Source of the DNA: Mobula hypostoma
Lineage: Eukaryota
Reading direction: 5' to 3'
Assembly: GCF_963921235.1 (NCBI RefSeq)
Contig: NC_086097.1
Coordinates: 165,852,001 to 165,916,000, forward strand
Length of the DNA stretch: 64,000 nt
Shown here: positions 1 through 13,128 of the stretch, one piece after another
Numbering within the stretch: position 1 is the first letter of the stretch
Layout: the number at the start of each line of letters is the position of its first letter
Notes under the pieces: generated by a model
Databases searched by the model: none
Seen by the model: the letters and a program-made list of their open reading frames with translations, nothing else
Told to the model about the DNA's origin: nothing
Position numbers and translations under genes: made by a program

Positions 1-691
1 TTAAAGTGGGCATGCAGGTACAGCAGGCGGTGAAAAGGGCGAATGGTATGCTGGCATTCATAGCAATCGGATTTGAGTACAGGAGCAGGGAGGTTCTACT
101 GCAGTTGTACAAGGCCTTGGTGAGACCACACCTGGAGTGTTGTATGCAGTTTTGGTCCCCTAAACTGAGGATAGACATTCTTGCCATAGTGGGAGTACAA
201 AGAAGGTTCACCAGATTGATTCCTGGGATGGCAGGACTTTCATATGAAGAAAGACTGGATCGACTAGGCTTATACTCGCTGGAATTTAGAAGATTGGCGG
301 CGGGGTATCTTATTGAAACATATAAAATTCTAAAGGGATTGGACAGGCTAGATGCAGGAAGATTGTTCCCGATGTTGAGGACGTCCTGAATGAGGGGTCA
401 CAGTTTAAGGATAAAGGGGAAGTCTTTTAGGACTGAGATGAGGAAAAACTTCTTCACACAGAGAGTGGTGAATCTGTGGAATTCTCTGCCACAGGAAACA
501 GTTGAGGCCAGTTCATTGGCTATATTTAAGAGGGAGTTAGATATGGCCCTTGGGGTTAAAGGGCTCAGGGGGTATGGACAGAAAGCAGGTACAGGGTTCT
601 GAGTTGGATGATCAGCCATGATCATATACTGAATGGTGGTGCAGGCTCGAAGGGCCGAATAGCCTACTCCATCTATTTTCTATGTTTCTAT
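1..691 (+). mobile_element. CR1-type LINE, 3' fragment (ORF2 C-terminus, 3' UTR, short-repeat tail)
   Basis: Translation includes LYKALVRPHLE..QFWSP, LGLYSLE.RRL and RGHSLRIKG..FFTQRVVNLWNSLP. Ends in TCTATGTTTCTAT. Confidence 0.9.
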
Positions 692-2032
692 CTGTGCTCT
701 AGGATAATGATGCAGGCCAGTCATTGAGCAAAATGAAAGTGCAGAGAGTGTGATTCTAGTTAAGGGATCTCCAACTGGGGTCCACAGACCCCTCAGTTGA
801 TGGTAGGGGTCTATGGTGTGAAAAGCTTGGGAACGCCTGTTATTGTTGAAGTTTAAGAACTAGTTGAGCATGTCGAAACAGTAGAGTGAGTCCAAGAGCG
901 AGGAACAACCCGAGGTTTAGCCAATTTAAACACCAAGCTAGATTGAAAAGGTCAGGGTTTCAGGATCGGAGGAGAGGTACAGGCTGGTACTCAGCTTGAG
1001 GTTTACTCACCTCTGTACTGAACTGAGGCTGTGGCCTGTAAGTAACAGGCTCCTGTATCAGCTGCAGTGATGACCGGCTTTGTGGCTGTGGACTCACTTT
1101 TGTAAACTTCAGTTTTGAATGTTATTTGCTTTTATTGTTTACATGATTTTTTTTTCTGCACGTTGGGTGTTTGGCAGTCTTTTTAATGGATTCTATTGAA
1201 TTTTTTGTTCTGTGGCTGCCTGTGAAGAGACAAATCGCAAGGTTTTATATAGTCTACATACTTTTATAATTGTACTTTGAGATGCAGCTTGGAAAGATAG
1301 CAAGGATTTCAAACAGCAATTGAATATTGTAAGGATTGAAAAGAAGAATGGTGTCATTGGAGCTATTGTTTCTTATGAGCATTCAGTTATGCAGGATGCT
1401 ACTCAATAACCCACTTGCTTGCTAACTTGTGAGAGAAGAGCTGAGTCATTTTGGTAACTGGAGAGAGTCTAGACTTTTTTGCATGTGTGAGTTTTGTAAT
1501 TAATTCCAGAGCTTGGGTATGAAAACATGTCTGCTGATGGAAAACTATTTGCACAGATTCAGGAAAACTAACGTTTACATTACAAGTAGCAGGTGATGGA
1601 TATCTCCAGAAAGAGAGAATCAAGTCACTTCTGATATTCAATAGTATTATTACTATTGAATCTCTGCGGCGGTGGAGGGGGGGGGGGTGGTTCTGTATTA
1701 CTGGAAACTTCACAGAGAACCATGCATTACTGATTCTTAAAACAGAGGCTTCGTCATCTTTGTCAAATGACTTGCCTTCTAATGTCACAAAGTCCACCAA
1801 CAGCCTCAGGGCATAAGCTAGGAGCTTTAAAGTACACTTGGGGAAAGTTGATGCTGTAAATATGAAACAAAAATAGAAGATATTGGAGAAAACTCGACAG
1901 GTCAGGCAGTACCCACGGAAAGTGAAAAAAATTGATATTTTTGAGTCTGTGTCCTTTCAGTTACGTTTCCACTCAACACAAACCAGAACAAGGCAGCCAT
2001 TTTGTAGGTACTGAATTGACTTCATCCTGGGT

Positions 2033-5000
2033 TAGTTCATGAACCAGGACCCCAAATTTGGGCCACTGGTACCATCTGGGGGGAATAATTCTTATAGTGA
2101 TTTTTGGCAAGGTATACACCCCTAGTGCTAGAAAATATGTGATAGCATTGTAGCAGTAGTAGCTTTCTGTGATCCCATGGTGCTTTGTCCATGATAAGAT
2201 GAATTATGCCAGGTACCTGTCCCCTTACTTTGCTCAGATGCTGAACCTCCCAGAGAAGAACCCTTCTGTGTATGAGGCCTTCAAGACAGGCCAATTCTCA
2301 GTGCAGCTGTCAAGTAAGAACCCCTTTGGGCAGATCCCTGTGGACCAGGCTGTTGAAGCCACAGTGAACAAAGGCACACAGACTCCTGGAGGCACATCAC
2401 GGTTCAGCCTGAATGCTGCAGGTATCAAGCATTACAACATAACAGCTGAGCAATGCAGTACATTCCTGGGAAGGTTAAGGGAGATCTTGGCAACAAATCA
2501 GAGCTTTGTCATGCGGAGCTGCAGCGGTCAAGAATCCAGAAAGATGAAGAAGCAGTTTCAGCAGTGATTAGCCTCATACCTGAATGGGTCAATCCATTTG
2601 CAGAGAAGCAGAACCTCATTAGCATCTCTACGGCAAAGGCAGCCCCCAAGGACATTGCCTCCGACCTGATGAAGGCATATGAGATTGGTGAGCAATGCTA
2701 TGCAACCTTCAAGGATGAGAGACTAGAAGAAGACCCACTAGCAAAGAAATTCCATGACCCAATGAAAATCAACAAGCCGATGCATGAACATCAACTTCTC
2801 TAACTTCCGCTAATGCCCCACCTCCCCCTCGTACCCCATCCGTTATTTATTTTTATACACACATTCTTTCTCTCACTCTCCTTTTTCTCCCTCTGTCCCT
2901 CTGACTATACCCCTTGCCCATCCTCTGGTTCCCCCCTGCTTGTCTTTCTCCCTGGACCTCCTGTCCTATGATCCTCTCATATCCCTTTTGCCAATCACCT
3001 GTCCAGCTCTTGGCTCCATCCCTCCCCCTCCTGTCTTTTCCTATCATTTTGGATCTCCCCCTCCCCCTCCAACTTTCAAATCTCTTACTAACTCTTCCTT
3101 CAGTTAGTCCTGAGGAAGGGTCTCGGCCTGAAACGTCGCCTGTACCTCTTCCTAGAGATGCTGCCTGGCCTGCTGCGTTCACCAGCAACTTTGATGTGTG
3201 TAAGCTGAAAACATTCAGTGATACGTGTAAGAGGAGAGAAGTGAAATCAAGTGAAAGCAGGCAGGTCTTTGTTTGGATGTATCATAGTGAAGGCACAAGG
3301 GTGCAGTCTACGTACAGAGGATATCCTTTCTCATCCCCTTGGACTATTGCCCTGGGCCCTGTCCACATCAGAAAGATAGCTGAGGAAGACAAATAAAGCT
3401 ACTTTAGCCACAACCTTGCAGAAAAATGTAGCAGTAGAAGAGCAACTCCCAGGAAACTCTGCTATAGTGGTTGATGGAATGAACTTGGTCCAAAGAGTGA
3501 AATGTGATCAAGTTACTTTCAGAGATATCGCCACAACAATTCTGGGTATGGCTCTGAGGGAAGGCAGTCAGTAGCAGAACAGATGTGTTTGACACATACA
3601 AGGAGAACTCTATCAGGAATAGTGAAAGATCTCTACAGGGTGAAGAGACGGGTCATGAGTTTCAAGGTATCATAGGCACACAGATGTTGAGGCAGTGGAG
3701 GAGCTTCCTGACCAAAGTCAGTAACAAAAGTACTCTCATTAGCTTCATAGTCCATGAATGGAGGAAGGTGGAGTACAGAGCAAAACTACAGGAGAGGATT
3801 CTGTATGCAACTGTGAATGACAAGTGTTACAGAATCACATCTCAAGACAGGAGGTGTCAGCTCTTCAGTGTCAACAAGAAGAAGCAGATGGCTGCCTACT
3901 TCTCCATGCTACCCATGCCACAAGAGAGGGATACCAATCTGTAATGATCTGCTCAGAAGACACAGATGTCCTTATCATGTCTTTAGCATTTTGTGACAAG
4001 ATTGAGGCCCCATTGTTCCAGAAGTGTGGCACTAGAACCCGTACAAGGCTTGTAGACATCAAGAAGGTTGCTGCTACTGTTGGCATAGAGGTTTGTAGGG
4101 CTCTCATCGGGTTGCAGGCATATTCAGGATATGACTCTGTAAGCGCTTTTGCAGGCAAAGGGAAGACAAGTGCCCTAAAACTTCTGACCAGCAACAGGGA
4201 AACTCGGGACACATTCTTAGAGTTGGGTCAGGAATGGGACCTCTCCCCAGAACTGATGGACAAACTGGAGTCATTTATATGTCTCCTGTATGCCCCAAAA
4301 ACATCGACCACCAAGGTCAATGAGCTCAGGTGTCACCTTTTCTGTGCCAAAGAAGGTGAAATCAAAAGTCATCACTTCCTACCATGCAAGGACTGCTTAA
4401 CAAAACATGCACAGTGAGCCAACTACCAGGCTGGTATATGGAGAAGATGTTTGGAGAAGGACCCACAAGTGCCAAGCCCTGTTGGCAGAGGATGGAAGAT
4501 GGAGAGAGAAGAGGAAGCTGAACAGTTGGTGGTGCACTGGATGGAAGGCCAGCCAGCATCCGATGCCATCCTGGATCTACTGGCCTGTAACTGTCCAAAA
4601 AAAATGTTCACTCCCAAGATGTATGTGTGTTGCAAATGTACTGGTGTGTGGACTGGCACACTGTGAGAACCAGGCATCCACCTCAGAGAGTGTGGAAAGT
4701 TCAGATGAAGATGTGGAAGACTTGGAAAATTATTATTATTAATAGGTTATGAAAATATGGAAAACAAAGTATGGAAAGTAGTCTTTGATTAAATATGTTC
4801 ATTTTGCAACCAAACGGGGCCTAGCTTATGGCTGTGTGGAACCCACATTTGAATTATTGTACTGCAATTTATATGCTATGACAAAAGTTTAAGATTGTTT
4901 TGATTTGATACAACAATTTGGAAAATATCATGACATTGATAAAACTCCAGAGATCTCTCCAAATGAGGTTTTTTACCTTTTGGGGGTGGGGTAACATTTT

Positions 5001-5524
5001 CTGCTTACTGATGTTAATATGGAACATATACAAAAAGTGATTACTTATTTGAATTCCTGAATAACTTTTCCACAAACCCATGTGATTGTGTGTCCTAGGG
5101 TTTTTATTGACTTTTCCAAAATAAACAACAAATATTTTTCTAAAAATGAAATGATTCACTCTACTGAAATTGGGCACTGTACTGCGAGTGCCACCAGTGA
5201 CAGTTTTCAATGTAGAATTTTAAAACAACATTTGATGAAAAGTGCTTGAACTCAGCTATCATTGTGACAGATCTCAATGTCGAGGGATCACTGATGACAA
5301 AGTACCACTAGGTTGAATGTATATGTTGTACTTTATATTGGCCACTTTTCAGAAATGCTTATTTTAGGGTAGTGTTATAAAATGCATTATAGCACACATA
5401 AAGCTACTACTGGTGCAATGCTATCACATATTTTCTAACTCTAGAGATGTATACCTTGACAAAAATCACTATGAGCATCATTCCCCTCAGATGGTACCGA
5501 CCAACCCTGCTGGCTCAGGGACTA
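2033..5524 (+). mobile_element. Academ-like (AcademX) DNA transposon, internally deleted and frameshifted
   Basis: Imperfect TIRs of about 130 bp (2033-2170 vs 5393-5524) with TAG...CTA ends and flanks GGT/AGT. Internal ORF pieces show QEEAD..LLLH, SEDTDV and GYDSVSAF.GKGK (XPG/FEN-like nuclease motifs) plus a Cys-rich C-terminus. Confidence 0.75.
2778..3201 (+). mobile_element. Penelope-like element 3'/pLTR fragment inserted in the Academ-like ORF
   Basis: Near-identical to 36000-36376. Splits the host ORF at MKINK|LKTFSD. Hammerhead-like motif near 3105-3145. Confidence 0.8.
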
Positions 5525-6739
5525 AGTGGCTGTCTGCAGATTGCTCCTGCTATGAGATGTGATGCGACCATTGCAAGGTAGCTTCAACAGCATTTTTCAA
5601 AAGCACAACCTTTATTACTTGTGTGGACAACCATTAGGTACTTAGAAATAATGCCATCTGCAGATTCCCCAACTTGAACCATTCTGAACTGATATCTTGC
5701 CTTTGTTTTACTGCTATAGGTCAAATTCCTGGAACTTGCCTTCACTTGAGTTGCAATGGTTCAATAATAATGGCTCATCACTACCTTTTGCAAAGGAGAG
5801 AAATATGTTTAATAAAATTAATATCTTGCAAGTAAATAAAAAAAACTGAGTAATTAGCAAAGCAAAATCGCTATAATATAAACACTAGGGGGTGGGTGTT
5901 AAGTTTTGAGGCATCAACATTTATTATTACAGCTTCCTTAACAGCTTAGCATTTATGTTTACAGAAATAAGCTTCCATTTCAGTATTGAAATGTATAAAT
6001 TTGAAAATTGCAACTGCTATTTGTAATATTAGCAGTTACAGTTTACTTTTGCATGGTGGAAATGTAGGCTTTTAAATGAGCTTAAAGTTTCAAAATAGCT
6101 GGAAGAAAACTCAAGAATTTCTATTGAATTAGGAATTGGTAAATTTTATCCAAAAGTTCCTGAACAGAAAAAATTCAGGGTAAATTTTAAATTCTGAAAT
6201 TATGAGCATATGGTTTAGGAGTAAGCCACTTAACCCTTCAAACTTGCTCCACTGTTTAACATAATTGTAATTTTGACTTTACATTCATGTCTATCCAAGG
6301 TAACTTTTCACACTGTTGTTTACTGAGTATCTCTCTATCTCTGCATTAAAAATCATTGAGTTTTCTTTTGTCAAAGTTAAAAGTGGCAATATTTGCTGAT
6401 CGCACAATATTCAGTTCTGTTCGTAACTGTTCAAATGAAGCAGTCCATGTCCACATGCAGGAAGACTTAAGACAACATTTTGGCATGGGACATAAATGGC
6501 AGGTTATATTTGTGCCTCCAATGTGCCAGGTAATTGACACTACTTCTGACAAAATGCTTCATATGACGTCAATTACACTGGTGGAGTTATTGACTAAAAC
6601 TTAATCTCCTATCTTGGTTATTATATGAGTAGTATTCTGCAGTGAGTAGTTCACTTTCTCATAGCCCCAGGGCTGCTTTGCTGTCTAAAAGACTCAATTA
6701 AGGAGCTAAATGAAATGCTTTCTGCCTGAAACATAGAGG

Positions 6740-7391
6740 GATGAGGTTCCCTCTACCCAGCATCTTGTTAGCAAATGTACTGTCGCTGGAGAACAAAATT
6801 GAGGACCTCAGGGCAAGATTGCTGTATTGAAGGGAAATGAAAAATTGTTGTTCTGTGTTTTACCAAGACGTAGCTTACTCGGAGTATGTCTGATACGGTG
6901 ATCAGACCTACAGGCTTCTCAATACACAGGATGGACCGGACTTTGGATTCAGAAAAGGCAAAAGGTGGAGGTGTGTGTTTCATGATAATCTCTGTGGTGC
7001 TCCGATTGTGGCAGTGTTGTCATGATCTTGTTCTTTGACGTTGAACACTTGATGATCAAATGCTGACTTTTCTATTTACCAAGAGAGTTCTTTGATCAGG
7101 CACCTGAAAGACTGCATGATGCTGTTACCAAACAAGAAACAGTCCACCCAATGCATTTCAAATTATAGTCAGGGATTTCAGTCAACTTGTTTGAAGAAAT
7201 CTCTGCCCAGTTCCATCAGCATATCACCTGTAACACCAGAGGTCCCAACACGAGAGCACTGCTATATAAAGAATGCCTAATGTTCCATGCCCAGACTGCA
7301 CTACAGGAAATCTGATCACTTGGCTGTCCTTCTACCTGCATGCAGGCAAATGCTAAAGGACAAAGCTCCAGAGATTAGGACAACAAAGAGG
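6740..7391 (+). mobile_element. Rex1/Babar-like LINE fragment (APE endonuclease region), degraded
   Basis: Reads ILLANVLSLENKIEDLRARL and GGGVCFMI, with an SDHL-like motif. Confidence 0.6.
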
Positions 7392-9812
7392 CTTCCTCCA
7401 TGGTCCACCATCCTCTCTTATTAGATTCCTGCTTCTGCCCTTTACGTCATCCACCTATCCCCTCCCAGCTTTTTACTTACCCCACTCCCTCACCATTCAC
7501 CAACTTTCCCCTAAAATGTCTTCACATATCACCGGCAGCACACACACAATGTTGGAGGAACTCAGCAGGTTAAGCAACATCTATAGGAATGAATAAATAG
7601 TCGATGTTTCAGGCAAAGACCCTTTCTTAGGACTGGAAAGAAAGGGGAAGGATGCCAGTGTAAAAAGGTTGGGGGTGGGGGGGGGTAGGAGGACAAGCTA
7701 GAAGGTGATGGTGAAGCCAGGTGGATGGGGAGGAGAGATGAAGTAGGAATCTGGAAGGTGATAAATGGAGAAGACAAAGGGCTGGAGAAGAAGGAATCTG
7801 ATGGGAGGGGAGAGTTGATCATGGGCGAAAGAGGTACCAGAAGGAGGTGATGGGCAGGTGAAGAGAAGAGGTAGAAGGCTAGCTTGGGGAAATGAAGCAG
7901 AGGGAAGGGGGAGGGGGGAAATTACCAGAAGTTGGAGAATTCTAGACAGAATATAAGGTGTTTCTCCTCAAATCTTGAGAGTGGCCTCATCGTGGCAGAA
8001 GAGATGGATATGGACTGATGTGTCTGAACATGAATGGGGTTAAGAATTGAAATGGTTGGCCACTGGGAAATAATGCTTTTTGCAGGTCGAGCTGAGGTAC
8101 ATGACAAAGGTGGTCCCCCAGTCTACGTTGGGTTTCACCAATGTAGAGGAGGCCTCATCAGGAGCACTGGATACAGTAGACAACCCCAACAGATTTGCAG
8201 GTGAAGTGTTGCCTTACCTGGAAGGACTGTTTGGAGCCCTGAATGGAGGTGAGGGAGGAGGTGAATAGATAGACGTAGCACTTCTTGTAAAGATAAGTAT
8301 CAGGAGGGATATTGGTGGGGAGGGATGAATGGACATAGAGAATCACTGAGGGAGCAACCCTGTGGAAAGCAGAGAATGTTGGGAGAGGGTGGAGAGAGAA
8401 AGGTTTGTTTGGTGGTATGGTTAAGTTAAAGGTGGTGGAAGTTCCAGAGAATAATGTACTGGAAGCAGAGGTTCATGAGGTAGTAGGCGAGGACAAGAGA
8501 AACTCTATTCCTGTTCAGACACTGGAAGATTGGGTGAGCCTGGATGTTTGGGAAAAGGAGGAGATGCAGTGTTAGGGCATCTTCAGTGGTGGAGAAAAGG
8601 AAGCCCTTTTCTTTGAAAGAGAAGGACATTTCTTATGTGCTGGAAAGGAAAGCCTCATTCTTTTGAACAGATGCAGTGGAGGTGTAGGAAATGAGAAAAA
8701 GGAATGGCATTTTGCAGGAGGCAGGGTGGGAAGGTGTATAGTCAAGATAACAATTGGAATTGGTGGAATTATAAAAGATATCAGTAGACAGTTTGTCTCC
8801 GGTGATGGAGATAGAGATATTGAGAAAGGTACGGTTTATCAGAAATGGACCAAGTGAATTTAAGGACAGGGTGGAGGTTGGAGGCAAATTTGATGAAATT
8901 GATAAGCTCAGCATGGGTGCATGAAGCAGTTGTTACTGTAATGCAGAAATAATTGGGGAGCATTACCAGGGAAGACTTAGAACATGGACTGTTCTGTGTA
9001 GCCAATGAAATGGCAGACATAACTGGGGTCCAAGCAGGTGCTCATCACTACACCTTGGAATTGGAAAAAGTGGAAGGAGCCGAAAGAGAAATTGTTAAGG
9101 GTGAAGACCAGTTCAGCCATATGGAGGAGGGTGGTGCTGGAGGGGAACTGGTTGGGTCCGTTCTCAAGAAAGAGCTTTAAAGCCATCTTGATGGGGGAGA
9201 GAAGTTTATAGGGAGTGGACATCCATGGTGAAAATGAGGTGATCAGGGCCTGAGAATTGCAAGTTGTGGAGATTGGGAGCATGTGAAGTGTCGCAAATGT
9301 ATGTCGGAAGAATCTGAACCAAAGGGGATAAAATGAAGTTAAGGTATGTGGATGCGAGTTCAGTGGGACAGGAGCAGACAGAAACAATGGGCCTGTTTGG
9401 ACAGTGAGGTTTGTGCATCTTGGGTAGTAGGTAGAAACGTGTATTGCCGGGTAAGAGAACTTTGAAGATGTGGCTGTGGATAGGTGATCTCCAGAGTTGA
9501 TGAGGTTGATGATGGTGTTAGAGACAATGTCCTGGTGGTCCTGAGTGGGGTCCTTTCCAAGGAGTAAGTAAGAGGAGGTGTCTTGAGAGTTGCCACCTAT
9601 GCTCAGCAAGATGGTCTGCCTATCACTTGCCAGCTTGTTCTCCTTCCCATCTCCCCACCTTCTGGCTTCTTTTCCTTAAGTCCTTATGAGGGGTCTCAGC
9701 CTGAAGTGTCGACTGTATATTCCTCTCCATAAATGTTGCCCAACTGCTGATATCTCCAGAATTTTCTGTGTGTTGCTCTGAATTTCCAACATCTGCGCAG
9801 TCTTGCGTGTTT
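7392..9812 (-). mobile_element. Penelope-like retroelement (RT + GIY-YIG), degraded, with oppositely oriented terminal pLTR pieces
   Basis: Minus-strand fragments KMHKPHCPNRPIVS, FTMDVHSL and FTCKSVGVVYCIQCS. A pLTR lies on the minus strand from about 7540 and on the plus strand at 9615-9812. Confidence 0.8.
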
Positions 9813-11069
9813 ATTTTATCTGGTATCTGCTAAGCATGAGTCCAAAGCATCTGTCTGTCTCATCAGTTAGCCATAAATGGTTCTAAATGTAAGTGATCTG
9901 GATTGAATAGGGTATCATGGCTTTAGTGTTAAGTTCACTAGTGTTTTGTAACCTTTCTTTGTGATCACTGAGGTGAATGAGAGTAAATATAATTCAGGTA
10001 AATATTTAAAGCCCCACCTGTATGCAGAACAGGTGTAATATATTGTAATTTCAACAACTGAAAGAATGAAAGTGATCTTGATTGGTGGTGATACATTTGA
10101 TCCTTTTTCTATTTTTTGCCACTACATTACAGCAGTCACAAACCAGTCAAAGTGGATCAACAAGTTATTGAAAGTGATCATCTATAGTTTGCTTTTATTA
10201 TTCTCTGAAAAGTTTGAAATTAATTTCAGTAACTTGGAACACTTGCCTCTTTTGCCATTGTTTATGCAGACAGTACTGTTTACTGCCTAGAAATGTAGAA
10301 GCAAATGTCAACTGAAAATAATGTATCTTTCATGGGACTAATTGTAAGTGATGTAGCAATTACCTCAAGCACTCCACATCTACATCAATGAGATGGCATG
10401 ATTTCTCTCTCTGTCTCTCCCTTTCTTTCTCCCTCCTTTTTCTCTCATTGAGGTCAACAGATCAATTCTTACAACACCATTCACCTTCATTCTTCATTGA
10501 ATTATCCAGCTTACAATATAGGCTTTCCTGAGACAAGCCATGCGTAGAATTCTCCTGCTGAGATAATTGCCTGGAGTAGGTCTGCTGGCACTCTGAGGCT
10601 ATTTCACTATTCACTAAGATTAATGAGTTCAATGTGAGTCTTCACAGCCCTCCAAGGATTCGGCATCCTCTGGATGGAGAAATTTCTCCTTATCCAGTGC
10701 TAAACAGCTTACTCTTATTTTGCAATGATGAATCCTGGTTCTCGACTCCACTAGAGAAAACATTCTTAGTTGATTGATCATGCTTCTTATTCCTTGAAAC
10801 TTTAGAGAAAACAAGCTTAATTTCTATTTGTATGGCAAGCGCACCATCCTTGGAGCTATCTGGTGAATCTTTGCCTGCTCCCTTTATGGCAAGTATATAT
10901 GTTTTTAGGAAAGATGCCATGTCCTTCCCATATCAGTATACATTAGGTATGGTATCTCTAACTTCTACTATGGTTCACAGTTTTTCGTAATAAAATCGAT
11001 CATTGCCCTCTTCTTTCATCAGCAGACTGGGTTTCAGATACGAGGGCAGCTAGGACCCGTCAACAACTC

Positions 11070-11236
11070 AAACAACAGGAATTCTGCAGATGCTGGAAAT
11101 TCAAGCAACACACATCAAAGTTGCTATCTGGACGAAGTGTCCTGATGAAGGGTCTCGGCCTGAAACCGTCGACTGTACCTCTTCCTAGAGATGCTGCCTG
11201 GCCTGCTGTGTTCACCAGCAACTTTGATGTGTGTTG
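11070..11236. mobile_element. Miniature fold-back PLE insertion with 14-bp target-site duplication
   Basis: CCCGTCAACAACTC occurs at 11056-11069 and 11237-11250. The insert has inverted pLTR ends and an internal hammerhead motif. Confidence 0.85.
11138..11176 (+). ncRNA. Minimal type I hammerhead ribozyme motif (PLE-associated)
   Basis: GTC-CTGATGA-AGGGTCTCGGCCT-GAAA-CCG-TC-GAC. One extra C disrupts the ACGT palindrome. Confidence 0.6.
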
Positions 11237-11999
11237 CCCGTCAACAACTCCCAATTTGTCTTCTTTTTAAAAATACTATGCTTTTGTTTTTTGAATAGAA
11301 GAAGATATCCTTACCTTTTACTACATTGTATTGCATCTACTGTGTTGTTGCATACCCTGTTAGCAGAGCTGAATTGTAGAAGTTGATTTGCATATTTAAT
11401 TTTTGGAATCTTGCCTTTTGATTTTGTAACAAAACAGTCATGCTTTGCCACTACCTTAAATTGCCTTAAACCTTCTGGTGAAGGTTCACCCTCAGTGCTT
11501 TTGGGTGAGGAGTTACAAGATTTATAATGATGAAAGAATGGTTGTATACTTCCAAGACAGGATATGCATTTTTTTTCAAAATAACCTACAGAATGTGGTG
11601 TTTCGGCATTCTTTTGCCTTTCTTTCTTGGTGGAAATGATTAGAGGTTTGTTAGAGTACCTTCTGAGAATTTTTTGCCAGGTCTTAGATGTGTTGAGCTG
11701 CTGGAGTGTTGGTTGAAGCCTCTCACTAAATGAAGAATATTCAATTATAAGCCTTATTTTGTTATTTGTAGATATTGGAATAGCTGGGGTTTAGGGATGT
11801 GACCAATTTGCTTACCAGGCTATCCAAACACAAACCTGTTCTTGTAGCCTTTTATTATGTTGTTGATATATGGAGTTTGTTGTCAGTGCTGATCACCAGG
11901 AGATTAATGTTTAGGTACCTGGCAAAGGTAATGGCACTTAATATTGAGGTTGATGGTTGTACTCTCATTGACCAAGTCTTGAAGTGAACGTGAACATTG

Positions 12000-13128
12000 C
12001 ACTTGTCTTCTTTACTATCGACTAAACCTGCAAGTTAACCTTTAGAGTATCCTCCATGTGGACACCCAAGTTCCTTTTGCACCTTTGAATTTTGTCCCCA
12101 TTTAGAAAAGTCTGCACTTTTCCTTCTACCAGAGTGCATGACCATATATTTCTCCTACATTATATTACATCTGCCATTTCTTTGCCCATTTTCCCAATCT
12201 GCCTAAGTCCTTCTTGCAGATTCCCTGCTTCCTTAACACTACTGTGCAAACTTGGTCACAAAGCAACCAAATCCCATCATCCAAATCATCATCATATAAT
12301 GTGAAAAGAAATGGTCCCAGCACAGACCCCTGTGGAACACCTCTAGTCTTCAATAGCCAACCAGAAAAGGCCCCCTTTATTCCCACTGTTTACTTTCAGC
12401 TAGTTAGCCAATCTTCCTATGATGCCACGGGCTGTTCTCTAGTTCAGCAGCCTTATGTTTGGTACCTTGTTATAGGCCTTCTGAACATGCAACATCCATT
12501 GACTCTCCCTTATCAGTTTTGCCTTTATTTCCTCAAAGAATTCCAACAGATTTTTCAGGGAAGAATTCCCCTTAAGGGAACTATGCTGACTTTTGCCTAT
12601 TTTATCATGTGTCTCTAAGTACCCTGCAACCTCATCCTTTACAATCAATTCCAACATCTTCCCAACCACTGAAGTCAGACTAACTGGCATGTAATTTCCT
12701 TTTTTTTCCAACCTTCCTCCATTCTTAAAGAGTAGAAGAACATTTGCAATTTTCCAGTCCTCCGGAATCATTCCAGAATCTAGTGATTCTTGAAAAATGA
12801 CTACTAATGCCTCCACAATCTCTTCAGCTACCTCTTGCAGAACTCGTGGGGTGCAGTACACCTGGTACAGATGCCTTATCTACCTTCAGAACTTTTCACT
12901 TTTACTAAGCAGAAGGTGCATGGAAAAGAAACTACACTCACTTCTTCCCCCTGACACTCAAATATTTGGCATACTGTTAGTGTCTTTCACAGTGAAGACT
13001 AGTACACAATATTTATTAAGTTCATCTGCTATTTCTTTGTTTCCCTGTTACTACCTCTTCAGCATCATTTTCTAGTGGCCTGATATCTACTCCTGCCTCC
13101 CCTTTACATATCTGAAAAAACTTTTGGT
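12000..13128 (-). mobile_element. CR1-type LINE ORF2 fragment
   Basis: PRVLQEVAEEI, PEDWKIANV, PVSLTSVVGKMLE and GVPQGSVLGPFLF on the minus strand. Confidence 0.85.

Noticed and set aside
2853..3396. ORFs of 111-160 aa repeated at 35287-35709 and 35857-36378
   Set aside because: They are chance open frames through the pyrimidine-rich non-coding pLTR of the Penelope-like element, not genes.
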